Below, one piece after another: positions 48,583 to 57,877 of a stretch of DNA of 64,000 nucleotides. The notes under the pieces are model-generated. The model worked only from the letters and a program-made list of their open reading frames with translations, searched no databases and was not told the DNA's origin. The translations under genes and the position numbers were made by a program. Location: the NCBI GenBank assembly GCA_964230645.1, contig CAXRHT010000002.1:1376001-1440000 (forward strand). The letters are read 5' to 3'. This DNA comes from Bdellovibrionales bacterium (GTDB taxonomy: Bacteria; Bdellovibrionota; Bdellovibrionia; Bdellovibrionales; JAGQZY01). Every line of letters starts with the position of its first letter. The first letter of the stretch is position 1.

Positions 48583-49655
48583 TAGCTTCTCTTCTTCCGT
48601 TTGAGTTTAAATACATAAGCAAGGACTTCGGCCACGGCCTCAAAGAGTTCACGAGGTATCTGTTGTCCAATTTCAAGAGTCTTAAAAATTGTTCGAGCCA
48701 AAGGCTTATTTTCCACAATGGGAATATCGTTGGCGGTGGCAAGTTCCCTAATTTTCATGGCCACTTGATCCGCCCCTTTCGCCAATATTATAGGAGCTGC
48801 AAATTTTTCTGGCTGATATTGAATGGCAATAGCTAAGTGAGTTGGGTTGGTGATGATCACATCAGCCTTGGGCACATCATTCATCATGCGTTTATTGGCC
48901 ATCTCTTTTTGAATCTTGCGGATTCTGGCTTTGATCATTGGGTCCCCTTCACGGGACTTTACTTCTTCTTTGACCTCTTGCTTGGTCATTTTCATTTGTT
49001 TTTCTAAATCAAAACGTTGAAACATATAATCAAGTCCTGCCAGGACTGTCATCACCGCACCAATAGAGAGCATCGTTTTAACAACAAGTGTTCCAACATA
49101 ATCAAAAATCTGCATCCCTTCAGAATAAATAAGTTTAGGAATCACTTCGACTTCACTTCTAAGAACGATGTAAATAATTGATCCCACCAGGCAAAACTTA
49201 AGGACCGCCTTCAAGCCTTCCACTAGAGCTTTCATGCTAAACATGCGCTTAAGACCCTCAATGGGATTGATTTTTTTAGCATTCGGCTTAAGGGTTTCAT
49301 TGGTGAACAAAAATCCAATCTGAACCACTGTCGAAGCAAATCCAAGACAAAAGAGAATGATATAAACAGGTATCGTTAGAAAGAAAATTTTCTTAAAAGT
49401 GTAGGCAAGAGCAGGCATGATATCGCCCGAGGCGATTGTGGCAAGCATCTGGGTTCTATAAAGGTCATTATAGATTTGAAAGAACTGCTCAACAAACAGT
49501 CGACCCATAAAATAAATCAACAGAGAAAAACCAAATAGAGCCAGTGCTGAAGACAGCTCCTTAGTTTGTGCCACCTGTCCCTGCTTGCGGAACTCCTCCC
49601 GCCTCTGGGGGGTGGCTTCTTCTGTTTTTTCCTGATCGGATTCCTGACCGGCCAT
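48582..49655 (-). CDS. flhB: Flagellar export switch protein FlhB
   Basis: KTEEAT, EGDP, NPTH autocleavage site. Confidence 0.98.
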   Translation of the reverse strand: MAGQESDQEKTEEATPQRREEFRKQGQVAQTKELSSALALFGFSLLIYFMGRLFVEQFFQIYNDLYRTQMLATIASGDIMPALAYTFKKIFFLTIPVYIILFCLGFASTVVQIGFLFTNETLKPNAKKINPIEGLKRMFSMKALVEGLKAVLKFCLVGSIIYIVLRSEVEVIPKLIYSEGMQIFDYVGTLVVKTMLSIGAVMTVLAGLDYMFQRFDLEKQMKMTKQEVKEEVKSREGDPMIKARIRKIQKEMANKRMMNDVPKADVIITNPTHLAIAIQYQPEKFAAPIILAKGADQVAMKIRELATANDIPIVENKPLARTIFKTLEIGQQIPRELFEAVAEVLAYVFKLKRKKRS

Positions 49656-49668
49656 CTAATCAACCACC

Positions 49669-50445
49669 TTAAAAGACCCTGAGATACCCAAAAAGGATCT
49701 CAGAAAATTCAACAATTTCCGTCTTGAGGGCATCCACAAAAAACGGCAGCACAACAATTAAAACACTCAAGCCCAAGAGGGCGTTAACAGGTAAACTCGT
49801 AATTAAAACGTTAATTTGAGGGACAGCTCGCCCCATAATTCCCAGCGAGAAATTCACCAACAAAATGGAAACTAAAATCGGGGCTGAGAGTAATAAGGCC
49901 ACCTCTAAAATCCTTTGTCCCAGAAGAGTGAACTCTCCAAGCGAGCTCAAGCGGGGCAAAAGAACATTCAAGGGCACTAGTTCGAAGCTCTCAGTCAACC
50001 CCATTAGAAAATAGTGATGCCCTCTGATGCCTAGAAAAAGGAACGCGGCTAAAAAATAGTAGAGCTGGTTCACAGAGGACTGTTGCATATTTAAGGTTGG
50101 GTTAAAGATTTGTGCTGATGAAAGCCCCATCGCCATACTGATCAACTCTCCGGCAATGGCGACAGTATGAAAAATGAGGGTTGTTAAGAATCCCATGGAA
50201 AAACCAAGGGCCAATTCTTTCACTCCCAGTCCAATAATTGTCTGGTACTGAACGACGCGCGGATAAGACTGCGGCTCAATAAGAGTGAAGCAAATGAAGG
50301 CCATCAACAAAGACAGAAGGGCTTTGAGGGGAGCCGGTACATTGCTTCCTGAAAATAGTGGCCAAGACAAAAAGAAGCCAAGGCACCGGAAGAAAACCAG
50401 CACAAAGGCAATTATTTCGAATTGGTCAATATTCAATAAGTTCAT
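49669..50445 (-). CDS. fliR: Flagellar biosynthesis protein FliR
   Basis: AGELISMAMGL, RAVPQIN; operon position. Confidence 0.94.
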   Translation of the reverse strand: MNLLNIDQFEIIAFVLVFFRCLGFFLSWPLFSGSNVPAPLKALLSLLMAFICFTLIEPQSYPRVVQYQTIIGLGVKELALGFSMGFLTTLIFHTVAIAGELISMAMGLSSAQIFNPTLNMQQSSVNQLYYFLAAFLFLGIRGHHYFLMGLTESFELVPLNVLLPRLSSLGEFTLLGQRILEVALLLSAPILVSILLVNFSLGIMGRAVPQINVLITSLPVNALLGLSVLIVVLPFFVDALKTEIVEFSEILFGYLRVF

Positions 50446-50718
50446 CTATTCTCTCACGTAAGTGTGTACATTTTCGTAAAGTTCAATTGTGTAAGACTTC
50501 ATCACATCAATCATCCACGGACCCGCCAAAACAATCACTAGGGCCACAATCAGCATTTTAGGAATAAATGTTAGAGTGGCTTCATTGATCTGAGTGATCG
50601 CCTGAAAGACCGAAACTATAAGTCCTGTCACTAGAGCCCCTATTAGAAGAGGGGAAGCCAGTAGAGCTGTTGTTTTTAATGCGTTGCCACCGAGGGCAAT
50701 AACTAAATCTTCATTCAT
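50446..50718 (-). CDS. fliQ: Flagellar biosynthesis protein FliQ
   Basis: QAITQINEATLTFIPK, GPWM. Confidence 0.96.
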   Translation of the reverse strand: MNEDLVIALGGNALKTTALLASPLLIGALVTGLIVSVFQAITQINEATLTFIPKMLIVALVIVLAGPWMIDVMKSYTIELYENVHTYVRE

Positions 50719-50721
50719 ATA

Positions 50722-51513
50722 TCACCCGAAACTTTTCACCATGGAACCCACGATTAGACTCCAACCATCAACGATTACAAAAAGCATAATTTTAAAAGGA
50801 AGTGAGATCACAACCGGTGGAAGCATCATCATCCCCATGGCCATTAGAACACTGGCAATCACCATATCGATAATTAGAAATGGTAAATAAATAATAAATC
50901 CAATTTGGAAGGCCGTTTTTAGTTCTGAAATGACAAAGGCTGGAATTAAAACCATGGTTTCTACGTCCGCTCTTGTTTGGGCCGACTCTTGTCTTGCAAG
51001 ATTGAGAAAAAGTCTCAAGTCTTCCGGACGTGTTTGTTTAAACATAAATTTTCTAAGTGGCAGCAGTCCTGCCTCTAAAGCTCTCTCTTGCTTTAACTCG
51101 CCATCAAGAAAGGGTTTCAGAGCCTCTGAGTTGATCTCGTTAAAGGCCGGTCGCATGATGAAAAATGTAAGGAAGAGAGAGAGTCCCACCAAAAGTTGAT
51201 TGGGTGGCATTTGCTGAGTTCCCAAAGCCTGTCTTAAAAAAGAGAAAATCACAATGATTCTGGTAAAACAGGTCATCAGAATCAAAATGGCGGGAGCCAA
51301 AGTTAGAACTGTGAGCATTAAAACAATTTTAATGCTATCGACAATTTCTTGGGGATTGTCTGTGCTCTTTAACCCCATTGATATATTCGGTACGGTCACC
51401 TGAGCCAAAGAGACTTCAGAAACAAGAAGTATCAACGAAACCAAGCCAAAATATAACAGCATCGATTTTGATTTCAGTGAATTTAAAATAGGAATCCCCT
51501 TAGCTACTACCAT
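50722..51513 (-). CDS. fliP: Flagellar biosynthesis protein FliP
   Basis: FTRI...RQALGTQQMPPNQ, SELKTAFQIG, MGMMMLPP, DGW; true start may be slightly downstream. Confidence 0.97.
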   Translation of the reverse strand: MVVAKGIPILNSLKSKSMLLYFGLVSLILLVSEVSLAQVTVPNISMGLKSTDNPQEIVDSIKIVLMLTVLTLAPAILILMTCFTRIIVIFSFLRQALGTQQMPPNQLLVGLSLFLTFFIMRPAFNEINSEALKPFLDGELKQERALEAGLLPLRKFMFKQTRPEDLRLFLNLARQESAQTRADVETMVLIPAFVISELKTAFQIGFIIYLPFLIIDMVIASVLMAMGMMMLPPVVISLPFKIMLFVIVDGWSLIVGSMVKSFG

Positions 51514-52205
51514 TAGACCCGGAACCTTTCCGTGACCGCTTTTTTAACGTCATCCAATCGAGACACCGAGAAACCATCCACTTCTTCTTTTGTGGGCTGG
51601 GGATCAATCGGCTCCTGGGAGGTTGCGATTTTATTTTGAAGTGATTTGGAGAATTGCGGCTCGGTATATTCCGGCAATTCATCCTCAATCAATGAAAGTG
51701 TTTTGATATGATTGATATTGTGATCTGTTACACCAAGAAGAATGGTTTCACCGGCCACTCTGATAAGCATCAGACTTTTCTTTTGCCCGAGGGGCTTTTG
51801 CGTAAGCACGGTAATATTTTTTGCAATCTGAGAGTACCCCTTTTTCTTACCCATTCTTTGTAAAAGTGTGTAAGAGCCAGCCATCATAATTAAAAGGACA
51901 AAAATCGCCAAAACCATTTTGTTCAGCGAAGCCATTTCTGGAGCCTTTTTCTCATCTTCTAGACTACTGGTTAAAGGAATCTCCTCTTCGGGTAACGCCG
52001 TGGTCGACGCTGTCGCCTCTTCCGCTTTTTCTGGAAGAAGTTTATCTTCAGAATCATCAGTCACCTTTTTGTTTATTTTTTTAAAATAATCTGAGAGCTT
52101 TGAGTCCTTGTCTACATCAACAAGCTTACTTTCCGCACCCCAGGCTTGGACTGCAAAAAAACTTAAAAACAATACACTCAATGTCCTTAAAATGACTGAC
52201 TTCAT
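51513..52205 (-). CDS. fliO: Flagellar biosynthesis protein FliO
   Basis: LGQKKSLMLIRVAGETILLGVT; between fliN and fliP. Confidence 0.85.
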   Translation of the reverse strand: MKSVILRTLSVLFLSFFAVQAWGAESKLVDVDKDSKLSDYFKKINKKVTDDSEDKLLPEKAEEATASTTALPEEEIPLTSSLEDEKKAPEMASLNKMVLAIFVLLIMMAGSYTLLQRMGKKKGYSQIAKNITVLTQKPLGQKKSLMLIRVAGETILLGVTDHNINHIKTLSLIEDELPEYTEPQFSKSLQNKIATSQEPIDPQPTKEEVDGFSVSRLDDVKKAVTERFRV

Positions 52206-52214
52206 AAAAATCCC

Positions 52215-52568
52215 TTACTTCAATTGTTCGACTCGTTCTTTAGGCGAAATAATATCGGTGAGACGCACTCCAAACTTCTCGTTCACAACGACCGCTTCCC
52301 CACGGGCAACAAGTTTATCGTTCACCAGAATTTCCATTGGCTCTCCAGCTAATTTATTGAGCTCGATCACACTTCCCTGGCCCAGGTTAAGCAGTTCGCT
52401 CACCACCATTCGAGAGCGGCCTAGTTCCACCGTCACACGAAGAGGAATATCAAGAATCAAATCAAGGTTATTCCCCTCGGGTTTTTCCTCAGAGTTTTTC
52501 TCTACATTTTCTAACTCGGGGGCTTCTGCACTGAGAAGATCCGCAAGATTTTCAGCTTCATCAGCCAT
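52215..52568 (-). CDS. fliN: Flagellar motor switch protein FliN
   Basis: LDIPLRVTVELG, LAGEP, GEAVVVNEKFGVR. Confidence 0.97.
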   Translation of the reverse strand: MADEAENLADLLSAEAPELENVEKNSEEKPEGNNLDLILDIPLRVTVELGRSRMVVSELLNLGQGSVIELNKLAGEPMEILVNDKLVARGEAVVVNEKFGVRLTDIISPKERVEQLK

Positions 52569-53562
52569 GGTCTTTCTCCTTAATAATAGGTTTAGTAATC
52601 TGCATCGCTACGGAACCATGGTAGACCCCGTAGAGACCTTTAAATTTTCTGACTTCTTGAACGAGAATGTCGAATTCTCCGTTGGCATCTTGATCCAGAG
52701 GAATCACATCCCCTACTTTTAAATTCATCAGCTCATTGAGTGAGATTTCGCTTTGGCCAAGATTTACTTTCACATCAAGCTCGGTATCCAAGAGCTGATC
52801 TTTAATAATTGAGGTCCAAAGTTTCTTGTCCGTTTGATCTGACTCCACCTGAAATCCAGTGGAAAGTTTCTGCTTGATCGGCTCAATCGTAGAATAAGGA
52901 ATTACCAAAGTGATCGTCCCACTGGCATTTTCAAGCTCAACGTCGAAGGCTGAAGCAATGACCACATCCGTCGGAGGCACAATTCCGACAAACTGCGGAT
53001 TAATTTCTGTTCTAACAAATGCACAGTCGATAGGATGAATGGATTCCCAAGCCGCTTCAAGATCGTCGATGGCAAGATCAACAACTTTACGGACGATTGA
53101 AATTTCAATGGGAGTAAAGTCTTTTCCTTCGACTTTTGAATAAGGACGATCGTCTCCTCCGAAAAAGGAGTCCACTAGTGCATAAGCGAGTTTACTTTCA
53201 ATTACTAAGAGTGCGGAACCGCGGAGGGTGCTAAATCGAAGCACACTCATACAGGTCGGCATGGGAAGCGTATTGATAAATTCTCCGAATTTTAGAAAGT
53301 CGGTGCTGGCATGATTGAGAGAAGCGATCTTTCTGAGTGCACTCGAGAGAGAGACACGAAAAGCTCTCATAAATTTTTCGTAGATAACATCGAGTTGAGG
53401 AAGACGACCTCGAATAATACGATCTTGGCTGGTGAGGTCATAGACCACAACCACTCGATCATCTTTCTGCCCTCCGGGTGCTGAACCATCGGTTTCGATT
53501 TCTCCTTCAGAAACCGCAGCCAAAAGGGCATCAACTTCGCTCTGTGAAAGTACTTGATTCAT
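52561..53562 (-). CDS. fliM: Flagellar motor switch protein FliM
   Basis: LSQSEVDALL CheY-binding peptide, FFGG, C-terminal SpoA domain. Confidence 0.97.
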   Translation of the reverse strand: MNQVLSQSEVDALLAAVSEGEIETDGSAPGGQKDDRVVVVYDLTSQDRIIRGRLPQLDVIYEKFMRAFRVSLSSALRKIASLNHASTDFLKFGEFINTLPMPTCMSVLRFSTLRGSALLVIESKLAYALVDSFFGGDDRPYSKVEGKDFTPIEISIVRKVVDLAIDDLEAAWESIHPIDCAFVRTEINPQFVGIVPPTDVVIASAFDVELENASGTITLVIPYSTIEPIKQKLSTGFQVESDQTDKKLWTSIIKDQLLDTELDVKVNLGQSEISLNELMNLKVGDVIPLDQDANGEFDILVQEVRKFKGLYGVYHGSVAMQITKPIIKEKDHG

Positions 53563-53572
53563 TATCTAGTCC

Positions 53573-54112
53573 TTAGCTGTTGATAAATTGTGTGAAGAGA
53601 ACTTTATTAATTTTTCCCTGAGTTAAAAACGAATTCACGGTGTCTCTAATTTCTTCTTTCAGTCTTTCTTTCCCTTTAGGAGTAGAAATTTGCGAATAGG
53701 ACTTACTGGAAAGGAGGATAATGATCATGTCACGAACTTGAGGCATGCGCTTATTGATCTCTTCTTGAACAGCCACACTGTCCACATCAAACTCCATTTC
53801 TACTTTAAAAAGTTTTTGCCCTTGGTCTTCGGCAAGATTGACCAGGAAATAATCGAGAGGAACAGAGTAGCCCGTAGTGTTCTCAAGGCTCCCCTCGCTC
53901 TTGTCAGCGGCGGCCCCAGCCATGATGGGTTCCGTGCTAGGACGTTTTAGCTCTTGCATCTTTTCCATATATAAGAAAACACCGACACCAATAATGACGA
54001 GAGTGTTTAGAAACAAAAGCCCCAAAAGAAGTGGAGAATTTTTTGATTTTTTCTTTTGCGCAGGACTTGGTCCTGCTGGCTCCTCTATTTTTTCTGCCGT
54101 ATTGTCCGCCAC
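53573..54112 (-). CDS. fliL: Flagellar basal body-associated protein FliL
   Basis: FLVNLA, PQVRD, GKERLKEEI, VLFTQF; SD GAGGAGG. Confidence 0.93.
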   Translation of the reverse strand: MADNTAEKIEEPAGPSPAQKKKSKNSPLLLGLLFLNTLVIIGVGVFLYMEKMQELKRPSTEPIMAGAAADKSEGSLENTTGYSVPLDYFLVNLAEDQGQKLFKVEMEFDVDSVAVQEEINKRMPQVRDMIIILLSSKSYSQISTPKGKERLKEEIRDTVNSFLTQGKINKVLFTQFINS

Positions 54113-54149
54113 GCTTCCTCCTCAATGAAACCTATTCAGTGATTTATTA

Positions 54150-54166
54150 AGCAACTGCAGTGCCAA
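54150..54166 (-). promoter_or_regulatory. sigma54 (RpoN) -24/-12 promoter of the fliL-fliA operon
   Basis: TTGGCACTGCAGTTGCT on the minus strand, matching TGGCAC-N5-TTGCW exactly. Confidence 0.85.
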
Positions 54167-54364
54167 CAGGACTTTCATTGGTAGGAAAATTCTCTCTCCG
54201 TCTTTAGACCCAGTTGGTGATTTTCATGCGGGTCATTCATCGAGTCTTGACCGATCAGTCTCTGACCCCTATGTCACAATTTTGACTGACATGGACTCTG
54301 CTTTAGTCTGGTTAATAATCGTACAGAAAGCGCCTGAGCCGCCCGGCAATAAGGCTTTTGCCGC

Positions 54365-54394
54365 TTGACGCATATTGTCTGCAAGAGCTACTAT
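54365..54394 (+). promoter_or_regulatory. sigma70-like promoter of the SPOR gene
   Basis: TTGACG-N18-TACTAT. Confidence 0.45.
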
Positions 54395-54424
54395 AAAAGG
54401 GCGAGTCATTTCCCTGGGGGCACC

Positions 54425-55132
54425 ATGAGAAAAAAGAAAAAAGAAAACGGTAATACAATGAACATTGCACTGTCCTCTTTACTTGTTCTTTTTGTATGCC
54501 TGCTGTTTTTCAGCGTGGGAGTGATTACAGGAAAGGGTTGGTCGGATCGAGAGTACACCATTCGACACATTGAACAAGATTCCCACCTGCAAGCCGCAAA
54601 GGCGGATCAAAAGCCTCTTGGCGAGGAAATGTCTGATAAAGAAGTGGAACTTCTCACTCAAAGAGCTTTGGAACAGGCGAGAGCCGAGCAAGCAGAGACA
54701 GAGCCTGTGCCTCAGTCTCGAAAAGTGGCTTCGCAAAACGAGAGTGCAGAAGCTGACAAGGAAGAAGAAGGTGAAGAGCAAGAGCAACCCTCAGGGCGCG
54801 AGGCTTCAACAGCCAAGGTCGAAGAAAAAGTGGAGAGAAAAGTATCAAGCCTTCCTCCCCGCCCCACCACGCCAGCCCCTAAGAGTATTGAGTACACTGT
54901 ACAAGTGGCGGCTTATAAAACTCTTGATGAGGCCGAGGGGCACTCGCAAAGGCTTATCGATAAAGGTTTTCCAGCTTTCCCTGTGAAAGCAAAAATCAAC
55001 GGACAGATTTGGTATCGTGTCAGTATTGGAAGCTTTAAAAACCGTAAACAAGCGATGAAATACGAAAAGGCTCTAAAAAAGCAAGCGGTGGTGAAAAACA
55101 CTTTCGTGCAGAAGATCACTCGCCTGAAATAA
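54425..55132 (+). CDS. SPOR domain protein (FtsN/DedD-like architecture)
   Basis: Basic N-terminus, single TM, acidic/Pro linker, YTVQVAAY...WYRVSIGSF. Confidence 0.88.
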   Translation: MRKKKKENGNTMNIALSSLLVLFVCLLFFSVGVITGKGWSDREYTIRHIEQDSHLQAAKADQKPLGEEMSDKEVELLTQRALEQARAEQAETEPVPQSRKVASQNESAEADKEEEGEEQEQPSGREASTAKVEEKVERKVSSLPPRPTTPAPKSIEYTVQVAAYKTLDEAEGHSQRLIDKGFPAFPVKAKINGQIWYRVSIGSFKNRKQAMKYEKALKKQAVVKNTFVQKITRLK

Positions 55133-55274
55133 TCCAACCACTCCCAGTGAAATCCTGGTCCAGAAATTTGTGCAAATTTGTGCACTCACCCAGCAAATTA
55201 TGTAGAAGGTTTCTTCTCCTCCCTCGGGTACCTTTATTAGTATTGGGTACTATTCCCTAAACACGGAGGTTCAG

Positions 55275-55433
55275 ATGAAAAAGTTCAAGAGTCAAAATCC
55301 TAAGAGAAAATTTTCCGCCAGCAAACACGATGACTTCTCAAGCCTATATCGCGTTCAAGATGAGCCGCCAGAAAGCTTTAAAACGAAAAAAGTGGTGAAA
55401 GCTCAATCTCCCACTCAAACCCTATTGGGATAA
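55275..55433 (+). CDS. Putative 52-aa basic small protein (not in the ORF track)
   Basis: SD GGAGGT 4 nt before ATG; MKKFKSQNPKRKFSASKHDDFSSLYRVQDEPPESFKTKKVVKAQSPTQTLLG*. Confidence 0.55.
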   Translation: MKKFKSQNPKRKFSASKHDDFSSLYRVQDEPPESFKTKKVVKAQSPTQTLLG

Positions 55434-55559
55434 AACAACACCCCTCTCTATCTCCTCTCTAAATGTCCGAATTAAGAGCGGATTTAACGAATTAAAATTT
55501 TTTGGCTCTTTGTGAAAGCCCTCGACGCCCTGACCTTTATAAGGTAGGGTCTGGCTCCA

Positions 55560-57770
55560 ATGAACAAAGATCATCCATTAGTCAGTAACCTGAATGAAAG
55601 ACAACAAGAGGCCGTCCTCGATTTCGACGATCCTCTTTTAGTTCTAGCCGGTGCCGGATCGGGAAAAACCCGTATGCTCACTCATAAAATGGCTTACGGT
55701 TTATCTCAAAAGCTGTTCAGACCTGACTCGTTTTTAGCTGTGACTTTTACCAACAAGGCCGCCGCCGAAATGAAGTCACGCATTGCCGAACTGACCACCG
55801 ATATCAATCTGCGCGAGTCTTGGGTGACAACTTTCCACTCCTTTGGAAATAGAATCCTGAGAATGTACGCGGATCGCCTGGGGTTCACCACCGACTTCAC
55901 TATTTTTGATAGCTCCGACCAAACCTCTTTGGTCAAAAACATCTTAAAAAATTTACGCTATGATAACAGTGCCGCCAACGCTCGCAAGATCGCGCGCCAA
56001 ATTGGTTCTTTTAAATCAGATCTGGAAGCCCAGAAAGAACCAGAAACCTACCCCTGGTCGCCGATCGCTCGTAATGTTTATGAAAATTATGAAAGAGAGC
56101 TAAAAAAACACAACGCTTTTGATTTTGCTGATTTGCTCTTAAAAACTCATTATCTTTTAAAAACTCACGAAGATGTGCGAATGGAGCTGCAAAAGCAATT
56201 TGATTATATTTTGGTCGATGAGTATCAAGATACCAACCTTATTCAATATGAAACTCTAAAAAGTTTGAGCCGCAACAAAACCAATATCTGTGCGGTGGGA
56301 GATGAAGACCAGTCGATTTACTCTTGGCGTGGTGCTAATATTTTTAACATTTTAAATTTTGACAAAGACTTCCCCGGCGCTCGAGTCATTAAACTGGAAC
56401 AAAACTACCGTTCCACTAAAAATATTATTGGAGCTGCTTCAGCGGTCATTGCCAACAACTCCCAAAGAAAAGGCAAAACGCTATTCACTGAAAACCCTGA
56501 TGGGGACTTAATTGACATTTTGGAAAGCCCTAGTGAGTACGATGAAGCGCTAAGTATTACCTATAGCATTCGCAAAATGATCGAGCGTGGAGAGCACACC
56601 TACTCGGATGTCGCCATTTTTTATCGTACCAACGCACAGTCACGGGTGCTCGAGGAAAAACTGCGAAATTTCGATATTCCCTACAAAATTTATGGTGGGC
56701 TCAAATTCTACGATCGTAAAGAGATCAAAGACATCAATGCCTACATGAGACTTGTAGTAAATCCCAAAGATGATGTGTCCTTTCGTCGCGTGATTAACAC
56801 TCCAACCCGTGGGATCGGTAAAACCACTCTTGATAAAATTGAAAATCTCGCGTTACAAAACCAATCTTCGATGCTTGAAGCGGCCATCGCCATTTTAGAT
56901 ACGAAAATTTTAACTGCCCGAACTAAAAACAAAGTGAACGGTTTTCTTAATATTCTCTCTGAACTGCGTGAGTCTTGCTTGGAAAAGCCACTGGATGAAT
57001 TCTATAAAGATCTTCTCGAGATTAGCCAATATATGCCAAGTCTTGAAAACGAAGAGACCATTGAAGCCAACAACCGAATTGAAAACTTGGAAGAATTTGG
57101 CAACGCGATTTCAAGGTATTTAGAACTCAACCCTGAGGAACAACATATCACAGAATTTTTGCACCACATGGCCTTGGTCTCGGCCGATGATAAGGACGAA
57201 GAAGATCCTAACACCGTCACCCTTATGACTCTTCACATTGCCAAAGGACTGGAGTTTCCAGTGGTCTATGTCGCAGGTCTCGAAGAAGGGCTTTTTCCTC
57301 ATGTCGCCTCCAGTGATTTGAACAATCCTGGTGACCTCGAACTTGAAGAGGAACGCCGCCTTTTTTATGTCGGCATGACTCGTGCTGAAGAAAAACTTTA
57401 TCTTTCCTACGCCAAACAAAGAAAAGTTTGGGGCCAAAATCAGTTCCAAGCTCCGAGCCGTTTTATTAGTGAAGTCCCTGAGGAGTTTTTAAAAACAAGA
57501 CTCTCTAAACCTCGCTCTCGTTTTCGCGAGCGCCTTAATTCCACGCCCCAGACCACTGCAAGTCCTGACCCCTTCCCTGATTATGAAAGTGGTGACACCA
57601 GCGGCCTATCCCCTTACCGCCAAGGGCTCAGGGTTCATCACCCCCACTTTGGTAGTGGAGTTATTCACAAAGTAGAAGGACAAGGATCAAAAGAAAAGAT
57701 CAGTGTGCTTTTTGACAACCAAACTCTCAAAAAGTTCCTCTCCCAATACGCCAATCTTGAGTTTCACTAA
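55560..57770 (+). CDS. uvrD: UvrD/PcrA superfamily 1 DNA helicase
   Basis: AGAGSGKT, DEYQDTN, VGDEDQSIY, LEQNYRS, KGLEF, EERRLFYVGMTRA, C-terminal Tudor-like VHHPHFG. Confidence 0.95.
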   Translation: MNKDHPLVSNLNERQQEAVLDFDDPLLVLAGAGSGKTRMLTHKMAYGLSQKLFRPDSFLAVTFTNKAAAEMKSRIAELTTDINLRESWVTTFHSFGNRILRMYADRLGFTTDFTIFDSSDQTSLVKNILKNLRYDNSAANARKIARQIGSFKSDLEAQKEPETYPWSPIARNVYENYERELKKHNAFDFADLLLKTHYLLKTHEDVRMELQKQFDYILVDEYQDTNLIQYETLKSLSRNKTNICAVGDEDQSIYSWRGANIFNILNFDKDFPGARVIKLEQNYRSTKNIIGAASAVIANNSQRKGKTLFTENPDGDLIDILESPSEYDEALSITYSIRKMIERGEHTYSDVAIFYRTNAQSRVLEEKLRNFDIPYKIYGGLKFYDRKEIKDINAYMRLVVNPKDDVSFRRVINTPTRGIGKTTLDKIENLALQNQSSMLEAAIAILDTKILTARTKNKVNGFLNILSELRESCLEKPLDEFYKDLLEISQYMPSLENEETIEANNRIENLEEFGNAISRYLELNPEEQHITEFLHHMALVSADDKDEEDPNTVTLMTLHIAKGLEFPVVYVAGLEEGLFPHVASSDLNNPGDLELEEERRLFYVGMTRAEEKLYLSYAKQRKVWGQNQFQAPSRFISEVPEEFLKTRLSKPRSRFRERLNSTPQTTASPDPFPDYESGDTSGLSPYRQGLRVHHPHFGSGVIHKVEGQGSKEKISVLFDNQTLKKFLSQYANLEFH

Positions 57771-57844
57771 AATATCTCTTTTACATTAGTCTTTGGTCCA
57801 GCTTTTTTCGAGATCACCAAAGTCCTAAAGTAAAGAAATTTTCT

Positions 57845-57871
57845 GTAATCAATTCCATGATTTGCCGATAA
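57845..57871 (+). promoter_or_regulatory. Possible sigma28 promoter of the rhomboid operon
   Basis: Perfect GCCGATAA (57864-57871) 6 nt before ATG 57878; -35 match is weak. Confidence 0.5.
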
Positions 57872-57877
57872 GAACCA

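Noticed and set aside
52108..52722. 204-aa plus-strand ORF and similar ORFs inside the flagellar operon
   Set aside because: Antisense to well-supported fli/flh genes.
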